From assembly GCA_040219065.1 (NCBI GenBank), contig JAVJTD010000267.1, forward strand, positions 33 through 64,032: a stretch of 64,000 nt of DNA, given 5' to 3'. The DNA comes from Planctomycetota bacterium. GTDB taxonomy: Bacteria; Planctomycetota; OFTM77. The notes under the pieces are model-generated. The model did no database searches, had not been told where the DNA came from, and worked only from the letters and a program-made list of their open reading frames with translations. The position numbers were made by a program, and so were the translations under genes. Shown here one piece after another: positions 1 to 9,930 of this stretch; the first letter of the stretch is position 1, and the number at the start of each line of letters is the position of its first letter.

Positions 1-116
1 CCGCTGTGCCCTTCCTGATCTCGGCGGAACTCCATTGGTGCTTACGAAAGCACTCGGTAGCGGGTGATTGAACCGAGCCCGCAAGAGCTATTCGGCCTCG
101 AGAACATGAGACGGCC

Positions 117-455
117 TCAGCCTCGCTCTTCCTGGTTCTGGACCAAGCGGATCAAGCTAGCGACATTGCGATGTCGCTCGATCGGATGACGCAGGGGAAG
201 GTCGTCGCGAATCTCGTAGCGGTTTCGGCGACCTTCCCGGATGCGCTCCAAGTACCCGGCTGCCTCGAGATCGGAGATGATGCGATGCACGGCTCGCTCG
301 GTGATACCAACTTCCTCGGCCACATCACGAATTCGAGCCTCGGACTGCTTCACCAGACACAAGAGCACGTGCGCATGGTTCGTCAGGAATGTCCAGCTCG
401 AGCCGGACGGTGTCGGACCATTCTTGTCTTTGCCACCGTTGTTCGTCTCCGGCAC
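117..455 (-). CDS. winged-helix (MarR/AsnC-like) transcriptional regulator
   Basis: WTFLTNHAHVLLCL...RIRDVAEEVGITERAVHRIISDLEAAGYLERIREGRRNRY is a typical small wHTH family signature. Confidence 0.85.
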   Translation of the reverse strand: MPETNNGGKDKNGPTPSGSSWTFLTNHAHVLLCLVKQSEARIRDVAEEVGITERAVHRIISDLEAAGYLERIREGRRNRYEIRDDLPLRHPIERHRNVASLIRLVQNQEERG

Positions 456-932
456 CGATCCGCCCTTTCGCTTCGGCCATCCAGCGCACCGGCGCTTCCT
501 TGCCGGTACTCGTCAGGAGAACGAGGCTCATTCTGCGCATTCATCCGGTTTCGGCAAGCCCGTCGAGACGGCAGGCCCCTCTTCCCCGGTCGGTCGAACC
601 GCGACGTCGACGGTCGCAGAGCCTTGCGACATCGAGACCTACGACTGCGGGGCCGGCATGGGACGGCCAGACGAAAAGATGCCCTCGGTGTCCGGAAACC
701 CGAGACAAGATCTTCCGAACCCTAGTCGCGTCCTTCCGCACTTCGCGATCGCACCGGTCGCCTGCAGCATCAGCCCCATCTCCATCCGCGGCAGATTCGG
801 CTTGAGCGGCTCTAGCCGGCGAACCCATAATGTCGGCTCGTTCGAGGCGAGCGGGGCAAAGCCCCGAAGGGCTCGGGGGTGGCTCGCGATCGACCGCCCG
901 CTCGCAGGACGCGCCGTCGTGCGAGGAAACCG

Positions 933-1433
933 ATGACCGAGAAGGATCCCCGGCGCCGCCCCTTGGTCGGCGTCATCATGGGAAGCAAGAGCGATTGGAG
1001 CACGATGCAGCATGCCTGCGACGTGCTCGAGAGCTTCGGTATCCCTTTCGAAGCGAAGATCGTCTCGGCGCATCGAACCCCCGACCTGCTGTTCCAGTAC
1101 GCCTCGGAAGCCGAGGGCCGCGGCTTGCGCGTCCTGATCGCGGGTGCGGGCGGCGCGGCGCACCTGCCGGGCATGGCCGCAGCCAAGACCACCTTGCCGG
1201 TGCTCGGCGTGCCCGTTCAGTCACGAGCTCTCAACGGCATCGACTCACTGCTCTCGATCGTGCAAATGCCACGGGGCATCCCGGTCGGTACTCTCGCGAT
1301 CGGCGAGGCGGGAGCGGTCAACGCCGCATTGCTCGCGGCCTCCATTCTGGCGATCAGTGACGACTCGATCCGCAGACGGGTCGCCCAGCATCGCGCCGAT
1401 CAGACGGCCAAGGTGCTGGAGGACTCGCTGTGA
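933..1433 (+). CDS. purE: N5-carboxyaminoimidazole ribonucleotide mutase
   Basis: [41 protein letters not shown] motifs; ATG at 933. Confidence 0.97.
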   Translation: MTEKDPRRRPLVGVIMGSKSDWSTMQHACDVLESFGIPFEAKIVSAHRTPDLLFQYASEAEGRGLRVLIAGAGGAAHLPGMAAAKTTLPVLGVPVQSRALNGIDSLLSIVQMPRGIPVGTLAIGEAGAVNAALLAASILAISDDSIRRRVAQHRADQTAKVLEDSL

Positions 1434-2608
1434 GTGGCCTGCCGGCCGGCTCGGTCATTGGCGTCATCGGTGGCGGTCAGCTCGCCCGCATGATCGCCCT
1501 CGAAGCGCGGCGTTTCGGCTTCGAGATCGCCGTGCTCGATCCCGAGGGCGACTGCCCCGCCGCGCAGATCGCTGAGCACTGGGTCGAAGGCGCCTTGAAT
1601 GACCTCGAAGCGGCCAAGCGCCTCGCGGAAATCTCCGACGTGATCACGCTCGATACCGAGCACGTCGACGCCGCGCTGCTCAACAGCTTGGAAGCGATCA
1701 CCCCTGTTCGGCCTTCGGCGCAAGTGCTCGGAACGATCCAGGACCGATGGACGCAGCGCCAGTTCCTCTCCGAGAACGGGCTTCCTCAGCCGGTTTACCA
1801 TTCGATCCGCGACGAGGACGAATGCGCCGACGTCGCCGAGAAGATGCCCGGCGGCGGTGTGCTCAAGACGCGGCGGTTCGGTTACGACGGCCGCGGCCAA
1901 GCCCGGGCCGCCTCCGGGGACGAGATCGGCTCCGCATGGGCACGCCTGGAGCGCGCGCCCGTCGTCATCGAAGAATGGATCGATTTCGAGCGGGAGATCT
2001 CCGTCGTGCTCGCAAGGGGTCTCGATGGACACATCGAGCTCTATCCGGTCGTCGAGAACCGTCACGAGCGGCACATCCTCAAGACGAGCCATGCACCGGC
2101 CCAGATCGCCGCGTCCCTTTCGAGGGAAGCCGAGCGGCTGGCCGCCCGGATCGCCGAGGCCCTGGATGCCTTCGGCGTCGTCGCCGTGGAGATGTTCGTC
2201 ACGCGAGACCAGAAGCTGCTGATCAACGAGATCGCGCCGCGCGTGCACAACAGCGGGCACTTCACCCTCGGGGCGTGCGTGACCTCACAGTTCGAGCAGC
2301 ACCTGCGAGGAATCTCAGGGTTGCCGCTCGGCGATCCGTCACTGTTACGACCGGCCGTCCTGTTCAATCTCCTCGGAGATCTCTGGAAGAGCGGTGAGCC
2401 GGACTGGACCCGAGTGCTCGCGCACAAGGAGGCTCGCCTTCACCTCTATGGGAAGAAGCAGCCGTTCCCGGGCCGCAAGATGGGGCACGTCCTGCTCCTC
2501 GACGAGGACCTGAGCCGCGCCGAAGCGAATGCCGAGTCGATCCTCGAGGCCTTGGGACATTACCAAGCCCTCGAGCCCGAGTCCGGCCCGGCTCCTTTGC
2601 GCAAGTGA
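1430..2608 (+). CDS. purK: N5-carboxyaminoimidazole ribonucleotide synthase (ATP-grasp)
   Basis: [40 protein letters not shown]; GTGA overlap with purE. Confidence 0.97.
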   Translation: MSGLPAGSVIGVIGGGQLARMIALEARRFGFEIAVLDPEGDCPAAQIAEHWVEGALNDLEAAKRLAEISDVITLDTEHVDAALLNSLEAITPVRPSAQVLGTIQDRWTQRQFLSENGLPQPVYHSIRDEDECADVAEKMPGGGVLKTRRFGYDGRGQARAASGDEIGSAWARLERAPVVIEEWIDFEREISVVLARGLDGHIELYPVVENRHERHILKTSHAPAQIAASLSREAERLAARIAEALDAFGVVAVEMFVTRDQKLLINEIAPRVHNSGHFTLGACVTSQFEQHLRGISGLPLGDPSLLRPAVLFNLLGDLWKSGEPDWTRVLAHKEARLHLYGKKQPFPGRKMGHVLLLDEDLSRAEANAESILEALGHYQALEPESGPAPLRK

Positions 2609-2620
2609 GAGGGCCGCGGC

Positions 2621-2983
2621 TCAGCGCGCAGCGCGATGCGCTTCGAGCTGCTCGAGGTCCACGAACTCGAGGGTCGAGACGTGGGTCGCCTTGAGGACGA
2701 TTTGCGGCGCCTTGCCGGCTTCGAAGGCCTCTTTCCAGCGAGTGACGCACAGGCACCAACGATCCCCTGGCTGGAGGCCTTGGAACCCCCACTCCGGGCG
2801 CGGCGTGCTGAGATCGTTGCCGCAGCTCTTGGAGTAGGCGAGGAACTCTGCGGTCATGACGGCACAGACGAGGTGCAGTCCGCGGTCTCCCGCGCCGGTA
2901 TTGCAGCAGCCATCGCGAAAGAAGCCGGTCATCGGGGAACGGCTGCAGGTCTCGAGCTTCTGGCTGAGTACGTTTCTTGCCAC
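2621..2983 (-). CDS. DUF2237 family protein
   Basis: NVL..LETCS..PMTGFFRDGCC, GNDLSTPRPE, GDRWCLC, ATH motifs; GTG start at 2983. Confidence 0.9.
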   Translation of the reverse strand: MARNVLSQKLETCSRSPMTGFFRDGCCNTGAGDRGLHLVCAVMTAEFLAYSKSCGNDLSTPRPEWGFQGLQPGDRWCLCVTRWKEAFEAGKAPQIVLKATHVSTLEFVDLEQLEAHRAAR

Positions 2984-3172
2984 GGGATCGAGCTCTCCGG
3001 TTCGGGACGGGGGACTTCGCGGCTCTCGAGTGGCCGAATGGTACCGGGTGAGACGGCCGCTGAGAACTGCCAAGAACCAAAGAGAAACCGGAAGGTCGCT
3101 TCGAGAAGCGACCTCCCGGTTCATCGTATCGAACTGGCGAGTGAGCTCAGATCGGCTCTCTGGCCACGTGGC

Positions 3173-3508
3173 TCACCAGCGGCCGCCGCCGCCGCCTCCG
3201 CCACGTCCACCACCGCCGCCGTATCCGCCACCGCCGCCGCCGCCACCGCCACCGCCGCCACGAGGGCTGCGCTCGCGAGCCTCGTTGACCGTCAAGCGAC
3301 GGCCATCGAAGTCCTGGCCATTGAGAGCGCTGATGGCATCATCGGCGCCACTCTCCATGTCCACGAAGCCGAAGCCCCGCGGACGACCGGTCTCCCGGTC
3401 GGTGATCAGGTTCACGGAATTCACGGTTCCGTGTTGCTCGAAGAGCGCTCGGACGGTGTCTTCGTCCGCGGAGAAGGGGAGATTCCCGACATAAAGTCGC
3501 TGAGACAT
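3173..3508 (-). CDS. RRM-domain RNA-binding protein with Gly-rich tail
   Basis: RNP2 LYVGNL, RNP1 RGFGFV, GGGGYGGGG tail. Confidence 0.95.
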   Translation of the reverse strand: MSQRLYVGNLPFSADEDTVRALFEQHGTVNSVNLITDRETGRPRGFGFVDMESGADDAISALNGQDFDGRRLTVNEARERSPRGGGGGGGGGGGGYGGGGGRGGGGGGGRW

Positions 3509-4213
3509 TCTGATCTGCTCCTGCAGGTCCAAGAGGCAGCTTCAAGGCCCGGTGCGAGGTCTGAAGCGAAGGACAAGACAGCGATCACGCGACTCGAAGC
3601 GAGTCTCGGACCGCGAAGGAATGACTCGACCACTTCGCCGCTGCCAGGCGAGCGCAGCAAACGCCCGTGGACCCACAAAGGGGAATGCCTGCAAGCAAGA
3701 GTGCTTCCACAAAGCTGCAGAAGCCTTCAGGACGGATCGGATCGCTCTGGATTCGGGAATCTCGGTCGTGCACCGACGACCGGTTGCCGGAGGAAGAGTG
3801 ATCGCCAGGATCGGTACGAAGGAGGTCAGGGCCATTGAAGGGCTCGAGCGAGTCACAGCGAGAAACCCGCTGCTCAATTCCTTGACCGTGAAGGCGAAGG
3901 TCTCGACTTGCACGGTCAGCTCGGTCACACCCGACGTTCTGTGGCTCCCTCGCCCATCACGAGGCCACCTCAGCTCACTCGAGTGACCGCGTCCGACCCT
4001 TTGAGTCGGCTACGGCTTTACGATGGTAGCGAGGTCCACCTTGGATGTCCATGGGCACCGAGAGGGAAATACCGCCCTGTCTGGACCCGACAGATCCACA
4101 GAGATCGAGCAGCGAGAGACCCGACATCATAAGAGCCTTCATTCATTTGATGTCGCCACCGCTCGGTCCGTCCGCCCCGCCCGTCCCGCGTCTCGACCTG
4201 CCGGATCGCACGC

Positions 4214-5356
4214 TCACGACGTCGGCTCCACGATGAGCGCGTAGGTCAGCGCGTCGATGCGATCGCGGTCGATATCGAGAGGCAATGGACTGGACGCCTC
4301 GGCCGCTTCCATTTCGCGCTGCAGGCTACCAGCGATCGACACGAGCTCGTCGAAGCTCCAGCGACCGTCGCGAATGGCCGACAGCTCGGCCGCGTCTGAG
4401 CGCCGGACCTGAAGCGACCCCGACCGAAGTGCCTCCAGGCCCATGCGCATCAGGCGTACGAGATGCATCGCATGCTTGGTGTCATAGCCATGCTCCCGCT
4501 CCAAAGCCGCGCGCTTCTCGTTTCTCTCTCGCTGCCACGATTGAAACGCCTCCCAATGCTTCAGAGCCGATCGATAGCGCCGCTCAGCATTCAGCGTCGC
4601 CAGGGTCTCCGGGGCGAGGCTCATGGACCGCGCGGCGACGGCGCGCCAACGATCCTCAGCGCCGGCTTCATCCGTTTGGAGCACGTCCCGATGGAGCTCG
4701 TCCACTCGCTCCTTCAGCGCGATGCGCAGGGACTTGGGCAACTCGATCTCGTCGATTCCGTAGGCGCGGATCTTCTCGTGCAGAGACTTCTCGAGACGGT
4801 TTTGATCGTCGCGGGACAGGCCGCTCGAGGAAGCCAAGAGCCCGAAGTCCTCGCGCATGGGCTTCCTCTTCGGCGGATCGAGGAGCCAGGCTCGGTGTGT
4901 TCGAATCCTCTTGAGCTGCGCCATGGCGTACCCTGAGAACGTCTGCCGCACCCGGCGCGTCAGGAAGAGGCTCCGTTGCCGGTGGAGCCTTCTCCAGGCC
5001 GGCGTCTCGATCAGCCAGTCTCCCTCTTCCGCGAAGAGGATCTCGAGCGCGTTCGGATTCGCTACCGAGCAGAGCTGAACGAGCTTGGCGATGTCGTAGA
5101 CCACGCACTCGACCTTCTCGGCACGCGACGGCCCGGCCGTGGGATGCGACCCGAGCGTCTCCGAGATTCGCGATCGAAGGCCGTGCGGCAGGTCTCCCTC
5201 GAACTGCTCGAAGCTCTCGAAGAGAGACACCCGCTGACGAAGCGGTGCGATGCAGACACCGCGGAGGTCCACGTCCGATCCGTCGCGCGCGGTGCCATGC
5301 GCATGACTCCCCGCGAGCGTGAGGAAGATCGTATGCTCCTCCAAAGGAAAGGGCAT
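4214..5356 (-). CDS. Pol-beta superfamily nucleotidyltransferase (YcgL/RlaP-like), long form
   Basis: GSHAHG...SDVDLRGV catalytic motif, ANPNALE, GYDTKHAMHLVRL. Confidence 0.88.
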   Translation of the reverse strand: MPFPLEEHTIFLTLAGSHAHGTARDGSDVDLRGVCIAPLRQRVSLFESFEQFEGDLPHGLRSRISETLGSHPTAGPSRAEKVECVVYDIAKLVQLCSVANPNALEILFAEEGDWLIETPAWRRLHRQRSLFLTRRVRQTFSGYAMAQLKRIRTHRAWLLDPPKRKPMREDFGLLASSSGLSRDDQNRLEKSLHEKIRAYGIDEIELPKSLRIALKERVDELHRDVLQTDEAGAEDRWRAVAARSMSLAPETLATLNAERRYRSALKHWEAFQSWQRERNEKRAALEREHGYDTKHAMHLVRLMRMGLEALRSGSLQVRRSDAAELSAIRDGRWSFDELVSIAGSLQREMEAAEASSPLPLDIDRDRIDALTYALIVEPTS

Positions 5357-6142
5357 TCAAGCCTCCGAGTTGGCGAGCCGCGCTCGAATGACGAAGTCCT
5401 CGAGGGCCGGGACCGTGGTGGGCTCTTCGGGCAAGTGGCTCGCGCGATGCGCGGCCGCCAGCTCCGCTTCGAGACGATCGAGGGTGGGACCGTGGAGCTG
5501 CAGATCCTCCGGCGCCAGCTTCATCTTTTCATGCCCCGCCCGCTTTCGAGCGACCAGCTCCTCGATCTCCGAGAGCCGGAATCGCTCGTTCAAGACCTCG
5601 ACGTTCGAGACGACCACACCAATGCTCATCAGGTGGATCCCCGTGAGGAGGACCCGATATGCATAGAGAAGGTGCTTCACGGTCGGTGCCGGCTGGACGA
5701 GCCGCTCTCGTCGGCCTCGAGCAAAGCCTTGGTAGTGACGAACCGTCGGCCGAGTGATGCAGCCTTGACCGATTGCCATCAGCTCTTCATGGGCGGGCGA
5801 AGAGATCACGACGAGCGGAGAGTAGAGCTGCTCGAGCACGTAGCCGTTGTGTCGCGTCATCAACCGCGCGAACTTGCGCAGGTCGTGCGCGACCCAGTCG
5901 AGCTCGATCGTGGACACCTCGTCGATGGAGATCGTCTCGTCCGGGGGCTCGAGACCCAGCACCGCTTTGAGCGGATGAAGGAACGCGCCACGCAGGTCGA
6001 CATCACTGTCCGGAGACGCGAATCCGTAGAGATGAGCTCCACTGACCGTAGCGAAGATGGGCAAGGGGCCTGAGCGTGCCACCCTCGCAAGGTGCTCCCG
6101 GTCGAGCATCGACCAGACTTCTGCGATTCGATCGGTGTTCAT
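5357..6142 (-). CDS. Pol-beta superfamily nucleotidyltransferase (YcgL/RlaP-like), short form
   Basis: SGAHLYGFASPDSDVDLRG, NGYVLEQL, KHLLYAYRVLLTGIHLM; stop abuts the next ATG. Confidence 0.88.
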   Translation of the reverse strand: MNTDRIAEVWSMLDREHLARVARSGPLPIFATVSGAHLYGFASPDSDVDLRGAFLHPLKAVLGLEPPDETISIDEVSTIELDWVAHDLRKFARLMTRHNGYVLEQLYSPLVVISSPAHEELMAIGQGCITRPTVRHYQGFARGRRERLVQPAPTVKHLLYAYRVLLTGIHLMSIGVVVSNVEVLNERFRLSEIEELVARKRAGHEKMKLAPEDLQLHGPTLDRLEAELAAAHRASHLPEEPTTVPALEDFVIRARLANSEA

Positions 6143-6161
6143 GAGCAACGCCTCATCGTGC

Positions 6162-6602
6162 TCAGGTCATGACCTCCTGCTCGTGGATGATGACGACCGG
6201 GATCGGAGTCAGGCGAGCGAGGCGAGCGGAGGTGCTTCCCAAGATCAGGCTTTGAAGTGGCCCTTGGCGACGAGCTCCCACCACCACCAGGTCCGCGCCG
6301 ACGGTCTTCGCGACGTCGACGAGCACGTCGGCAGGCTCGCCTTCCAGGATCGAGAGCTCATGGCTCACGCTGCGACGCTCGAGCTCCCCCTCGAACAGCT
6401 CCTGCATGCGTGCTCGGCACTCGTCGCGAAGATCCTGCAGCGACTTCCCCGGGGCGAGCTCCTCCAAGTGCGCGAGCGGTTGGTACACGTGGACCAGTAC
6501 CAGCCGTGCGCCGAGCTGGTCCGAAAGGTCGGTCGCCCAAGTCAAGGCAGCCCGAGAGCCCGGGGACTCATCGATGCCGACCACGATCGTTTCGACGCTC
6601 AT
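6162..6602 (-). CDS. universal stress protein (UspA family)
   Basis: IVVGIDESPGS, ADLVVVGARRQG..LILGSTS; the true start is internal to the listed 464-aa ORF. Confidence 0.92.
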   Translation of the reverse strand: MSVETIVVGIDESPGSRAALTWATDLSDQLGARLVLVHVYQPLAHLEELAPGKSLQDLRDECRARMQELFEGELERRSVSHELSILEGEPADVLVDVAKTVGADLVVVGARRQGPLQSLILGSTSARLARLTPIPVVIIHEQEVMT

Positions 6603-7579
6603 CACTTCACCTCCGAGACGGGCGCGCTCGCGCGCAGCGAAGTCCAAACCGTGATCGCCAGGACGACGGTGATCACGCCGAGCGAGAGCAGGGTGGGAAT
6701 GTGAATCCAGTGAGACAGGATCATCTTCGTGCCGACGAACGCCAAGATCGCGGCCAATCCTCGGTTCAGGTGGACGAGGCGGTCCTGAGCACCCGCCAGG
6801 AGAAAGTAGAGCGCCCGCAGACCCAGGATCGCCATCGCGTTCGAGCTGAACACCACGAACGGGTCGCGGCTGATGGCGAGGATCGCGGGTACCGAGTCGA
6901 CCGCGAAGACGACATCGGTGGCCTCGACGAGCACCAGCGCGACGAACAGCGGCGTCGCCAACACTCGCCCGTCGATCTTGGCGAAGAGCTTCTGCCCATG
7001 GAAGTCCGCGGTCACGGGAACGAAGCGCCGGAGCAGCTTCAAGACCGGATTTCGCTCGGGGTGGGTGTCTTCGACCTTGTGCCGGGCCACTCGCCAGGCC
7101 GTGAACAGGAGCAGCCCGCCGAATACGAAGAGCAGCCAGGAGAGCCTCTCGAGCAGCGCCACGCCACTGAAGATGAACACCGCCCGCAGGACCAGCGCGC
7201 CGAAGATGCCCCAGAACAAGACGCGATGCTGGTAGCGAGAGGGAATCGCGAAGGTCTGGAACACGATGGCCCAGACGAAGACGTTGTCGACCGAGAGCGA
7301 TTTCTCGATCACGTAGCCGGTGAGGTACTGAGTGGCGGCTGCCATGCCCAGGATCCACCACAGCGGCAGAGCGACGAGGAGCCCCAGAGCGATCCAGAGC
7401 GCCGAGGTCCACAGCGCCTCCCGCATCCGAATCTCGTGCGCCTGGCGATGCAGGACGAGCAGGTCCAGGAGAAGCAGCAACACGACCCCAGCGAGAAAGG
7501 CACCCCAGAGCCAAGTGGGCACCTCGAAGCGACGCAGGTCTTGAAGGGCGAGCCACGCCGCGCCGTGAATGTGGAGCAT
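6602..7579 (-). CDS. TerC/Alx family integral membrane protein
   Basis: GYVIEKSLSVDNVFV, QHRVLFWGIFGALVLR, DVVFAVDSVPA, LGLRALYF. Confidence 0.93.
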   Translation of the reverse strand: MLHIHGAAWLALQDLRRFEVPTWLWGAFLAGVVLLLLLDLLVLHRQAHEIRMREALWTSALWIALGLLVALPLWWILGMAAATQYLTGYVIEKSLSVDNVFVWAIVFQTFAIPSRYQHRVLFWGIFGALVLRAVFIFSGVALLERLSWLLFVFGGLLLFTAWRVARHKVEDTHPERNPVLKLLRRFVPVTADFHGQKLFAKIDGRVLATPLFVALVLVEATDVVFAVDSVPAILAISRDPFVVFSSNAMAILGLRALYFLLAGAQDRLVHLNRGLAAILAFVGTKMILSHWIHIPTLLSLGVITVVLAITVWTSLRASAPVSEVK

Positions 7580-7871
7580 GGATTTCTTGCTCGGAAGAGC
7601 CTCGATGGGTGAAGAGCGCAAAGGAGCGACGACGCTAGCACAAGCCCGGACGAACGTCGAAGCGCCGAAGGCACCTGGCGTGCCGTCGTTTGTTCTGCCA
7701 GCCCCGCAGTGACACATGGCTTGGCAGTTGCTCGAAGGGCCTTCGATCACTCGACGCGGAGACCGAGCAGTCATTGGCTGCCGTTTTGGTGCACTCGCGG
7801 CAGCAAGTCTGCCCCAGTCACGAAGTATCCGTCCCGATTCCGGACGCCATCACCGAGAAGGATCCCAGGAA

Positions 7872-9137
7872 ATGAAAAAGTCCTCGACCCAGACAGCCAA
7901 GCGAGCTGCGACATCACCTCTGCGCGCCACGCTCCTCATCGGGCTAGCCGTAGTAGCCCTGCCTTCCTTGGCCAGCGCGCAGCCGAGCCGCTCCCGGTCG
8001 AGCGCGCAGCCGCTCGGCATCGTCTTCCGACAGATCGCGAGCCCCGACTCCGCAGTCCGCCCGCTTGGAAATCGTCCCGCGCTGCACCGAGGTCAGGTGG
8101 CGTTCTACGGCTATCGCGGGGCCAGCTACGGAACCGACGTCGTGATGGCGATCCGACGCGCGGACGGCAAAGGCGCCTTCTCGATCCTGGCGGCCGAGGG
8201 CGATCCGCGTCCGGACGAGGCCGGATCGACGTTCGACCACTTCGGCAATCCGGCTCTCTTCGATGGTGAAGCCGTATTCCTCGGCGGAGAGTTCGGCACC
8301 CTCTCGAGCACCTACAGCGCCTCGATCTCACAGCCCTATCAGCTCTTCGATGACCGAGGCATCAACAATCCCTTCTTCGGAGCGCTCGGCGTCACGACTC
8401 CCGCGTCGCCGCAGGGCATCGCCTACCGGGATCCGAATGGAGTCTTCACCTTCCTGGGCCTGTATCAGGATCCCCTTCCCTGTGGTACGGGCTCCTTCGC
8501 CTACAACAACGTGCCCGGTCTGAGATATGTCCCGCAAGGCGGCGACCTCTTGGTGTGGCCGGCCCTAGCCAATACCTCGGACTATGCCGGTGACCTCATC
8601 GCCGGCTACGACACCACCTTCGGTCAGCTCTACTGCGTCGCCACCGGTCTCGATACGATCCCGGGATTGGGTACGCCCTTCGACTTCTTCTACAAGGCGG
8701 ACACCGACGGCGACCGAGTGGCCTTCATCGGCATGGATGACACGAGCGGCTTCGGTCGCCATGAAGGCGTCTACGTCCGGGATGCTTCGGGCACGGGACC
8801 GATCACCCTCATCGCCGACGTGCTGACGGCCGCTCCTGGAGGCGGCACGTTCGGCAGCTTCGAAGCCGTCTCGATCGACGGCGACCTCGTGATCTTCGAG
8901 GGCTGCGCAGGTGGTTCCGGCGGATGTGCGGTCTACGGGTTCTTCGGCTGCTTCGTGCGCAACGGCACGCCCGGTCCCATCTTCGAGATCCTCAACACGG
9001 GACAGATGATCGGCGGACGACCGATCATCGACCTGACCATGAGCCCCACCGGCCGCGACGGCAACCGCTTCGCCTTCGATGTCCGTCACGCGGCGAACAG
9101 CGCGTCCCTCTACGTCGCCACGATTCGGGTGCCGTGA
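7872..9137 (+). CDS. secreted hypothetical protein, probably beta-rich/propeller repeat
   Basis: signal peptide ending ASA-Q; recurring F..FG.PA/SIDG..V.F units. Confidence 0.7.
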   Translation: MKKSSTQTAKRAATSPLRATLLIGLAVVALPSLASAQPSRSRSSAQPLGIVFRQIASPDSAVRPLGNRPALHRGQVAFYGYRGASYGTDVVMAIRRADGKGAFSILAAEGDPRPDEAGSTFDHFGNPALFDGEAVFLGGEFGTLSSTYSASISQPYQLFDDRGINNPFFGALGVTTPASPQGIAYRDPNGVFTFLGLYQDPLPCGTGSFAYNNVPGLRYVPQGGDLLVWPALANTSDYAGDLIAGYDTTFGQLYCVATGLDTIPGLGTPFDFFYKADTDGDRVAFIGMDDTSGFGRHEGVYVRDASGTGPITLIADVLTAAPGGGTFGSFEAVSIDGDLVIFEGCAGGSGGCAVYGFFGCFVRNGTPGPIFEILNTGQMIGGRPIIDLTMSPTGRDGNRFAFDVRHAANSASLYVATIRVP

Positions 9138-9256
9138 GGACACATCGCGAGGGTCGGAGCAGCGCCGGGTCCGCCGCCGGGGATTCTCTCAGAGGCGGAT
9201 GAGCCCCCCGGCGCTTCTCGGACGCTCATCCCCGCTGCGATTCATCTCGAGCGTCC

Positions 9257-9682
9257 TCAAAGCTCCTCCCCCTCACTTCCGCGACGCTCCTCCTCACTCG
9301 ATTCGGCATCGGCCCCTCTTCGATCCTCGAGCCACTGCCAGACCTCCATCGCGAGGAGCCAGTGGATTCCTCCGGTATCGAAAACGGCGAGCGACCAGGT
9401 CGCGACATCGAGAAGCAGCGAACCCTCGTGCCGGATCCAGAACACCCACGCGAAGATCACGAAAGTGGATCCGAAGAGCGGGACGCCCGAGATAAAGCGG
9501 TAGTCGTCACGGCACTTCCCTTTGGCCTGGATGATTGGATACCTGAGGAAGGTCAGGTAGAAGTTGACCACACAAATGAAGGCTCCAAAGATCCAGACGA
9601 TCCAGCCCAAGATCCAAACGATCCAGCCCAGCATCAGCGCTCCCCCTGAGATTGCGATCGACCATCCAAGGTCGACGCCCAA
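9257..9682 (-). CDS. small membrane protein
   Basis: three hydrophobic segments; duplicated ILGWIVW; start uncertain. Confidence 0.5.
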   Translation of the reverse strand: MGVDLGWSIAISGGALMLGWIVWILGWIVWIFGAFICVVNFYLTFLRYPIIQAKGKCRDDYRFISGVPLFGSTFVIFAWVFWIRHEGSLLLDVATWSLAVFDTGGIHWLLAMEVWQWLEDRRGADAESSEEERRGSEGEEL

Positions 9683-9930
9683 TTGGCGTCCCCGCTCGTT
9701 CCTGGGTCCATCACCGCATTCATCGATTGCACCCAGGATTCAGACGCTTGGGAACGCGACCTCATCTCGATGTTCAAGACTCAGGCTTCGACCAATCGGC
9801 CGGGCGGACTGCTCATCCCGAACCGGCCTGAGACACACGATGTCACTGGCGCTACCAGCCAAGTTGCAGAATGCGGGCGCGATCACACTCCCTCGCCGCG
9901 GTGGGAAGGACAGGCAGCTCGAGCAGCCCC

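Noticed and set aside
30-100. structured RNA or tRNA near the window start (ggtgcttacgaaagcact hairpin)
   Set aside because: Only short hairpins; no cloverleaf or riboswitch consensus recognisable
6162-7556. 464-aa ORF as a large Usp fusion
   Set aside because: The upstream part overlaps TerC out of frame; the Usp begins at ATG 6602
7580-7800. yybP-ykoY (Mn) riboswitch upstream of the TerC/Alx gene
   Set aside because: Expected from context, but I could not find the GGGGAGUA / GAGACC-type conserved segments
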